From Octopus bimaculoides (Eukaryota), in NCBI RefSeq assembly GCF_001194135.2, contig NC_068994.1:24737120-24772280 (forward strand): a stretch of DNA of 35,161 bases, written 5' to 3'. A model generated the notes under the pieces. It was not told the DNA's origin. It saw nothing but the letters and a program-made list of their open reading frames with translations, and did not search any database. Within the stretch, counting starts at the first letter, position 1. Each line of letters starts with the position of its first letter. The translations under genes were made by a program, and so were the position numbers. This document shows, one piece after another, positions 34,765 through 35,161 of this stretch.

Positions 34765-35094
34765 ATAAAATTTAAGAGTGGTCACACATTCAAAGTAAAT
34801 GCAGACATGAACTGCAAGACGCAGAACGTAATATAGTGCATAACCTGCTCCACATGCAAGGAGAATTATATAGGTGAAACTGGAAATTCTTTATGTCAAC
34901 GAGCCAGAATTCACCGACAACATGTCCGACAGGAGGAACTACGGAAAATTCCACTGAGTGAACACCTAGAAACATGTGGGGAAGGAAAATTTAAGATCTT
35001 TCCCTTCTATAAATGCTCAAGAAACGATACCTCCTTCAGGAAAAATATGGAGAAATACTTCATAGCAAAATTCTCACCAAAACTGAATGGCTGA
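34765..35094 (+). mobile_element. Penelope-like (Neptune-type) GIY-YIG endonuclease 3' fragment
   Basis: FKVNADMNCKTQNVI*CITCSTCKENYIGETGNSLCQRARIHRQH...PLSEHLETC..FKIFPFYK...EKYFIAKFSPKLNG*; single TAG at 34834 where Tyr is expected. Confidence 0.9.
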
Positions 35095-35161
35095 AACATG
35101 AAGATCACAACCCATCTAGGATCTTCAACTTTGGAACAACAGAGCCTAAAAAAACGGCAAG

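Overview
Eukaryotic, gene-poor, gap-ridden (six N-runs) window made almost entirely of nested transposon debris and microsatellites. The repeat repertoire resembles an octopod cephalopod genome; that is my recollection of those repeat families and is not proven here. Identified: Dong/R4, Tx1/L1 and RTE LINE relics, two Gypsy pol relics, a Tc1 transposase relic, a hAT MITE with 8-bp TSD, a tRNA-derived SINE, and four Penelope-like element (PLE) fragments. No host protein-coding gene is confidently supported. Two things stand out beyond the ORF track. (1) About ten minimal type-I hammerhead ribozyme (HHR) motifs from several unrelated families, mostly with palindromic stem III and 5' fold-back inversions. 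One lies in a 348-bp tandem unit (retrozyme/pseudo-LTR-like), part of which was also copied into an RTE catalytic motif. (2) Two oppositely oriented copies of a fold-back DNA element carrying telomere-like repeats. Copy 2 has perfect 26-bp GGATC- TIRs and an 8-bp TSD; copy 1 has a head-to-head (TTAGGG)n/(CCCTAA)n core. All alignments, folds and translations were done by eye; boundaries without TSDs are approximate.
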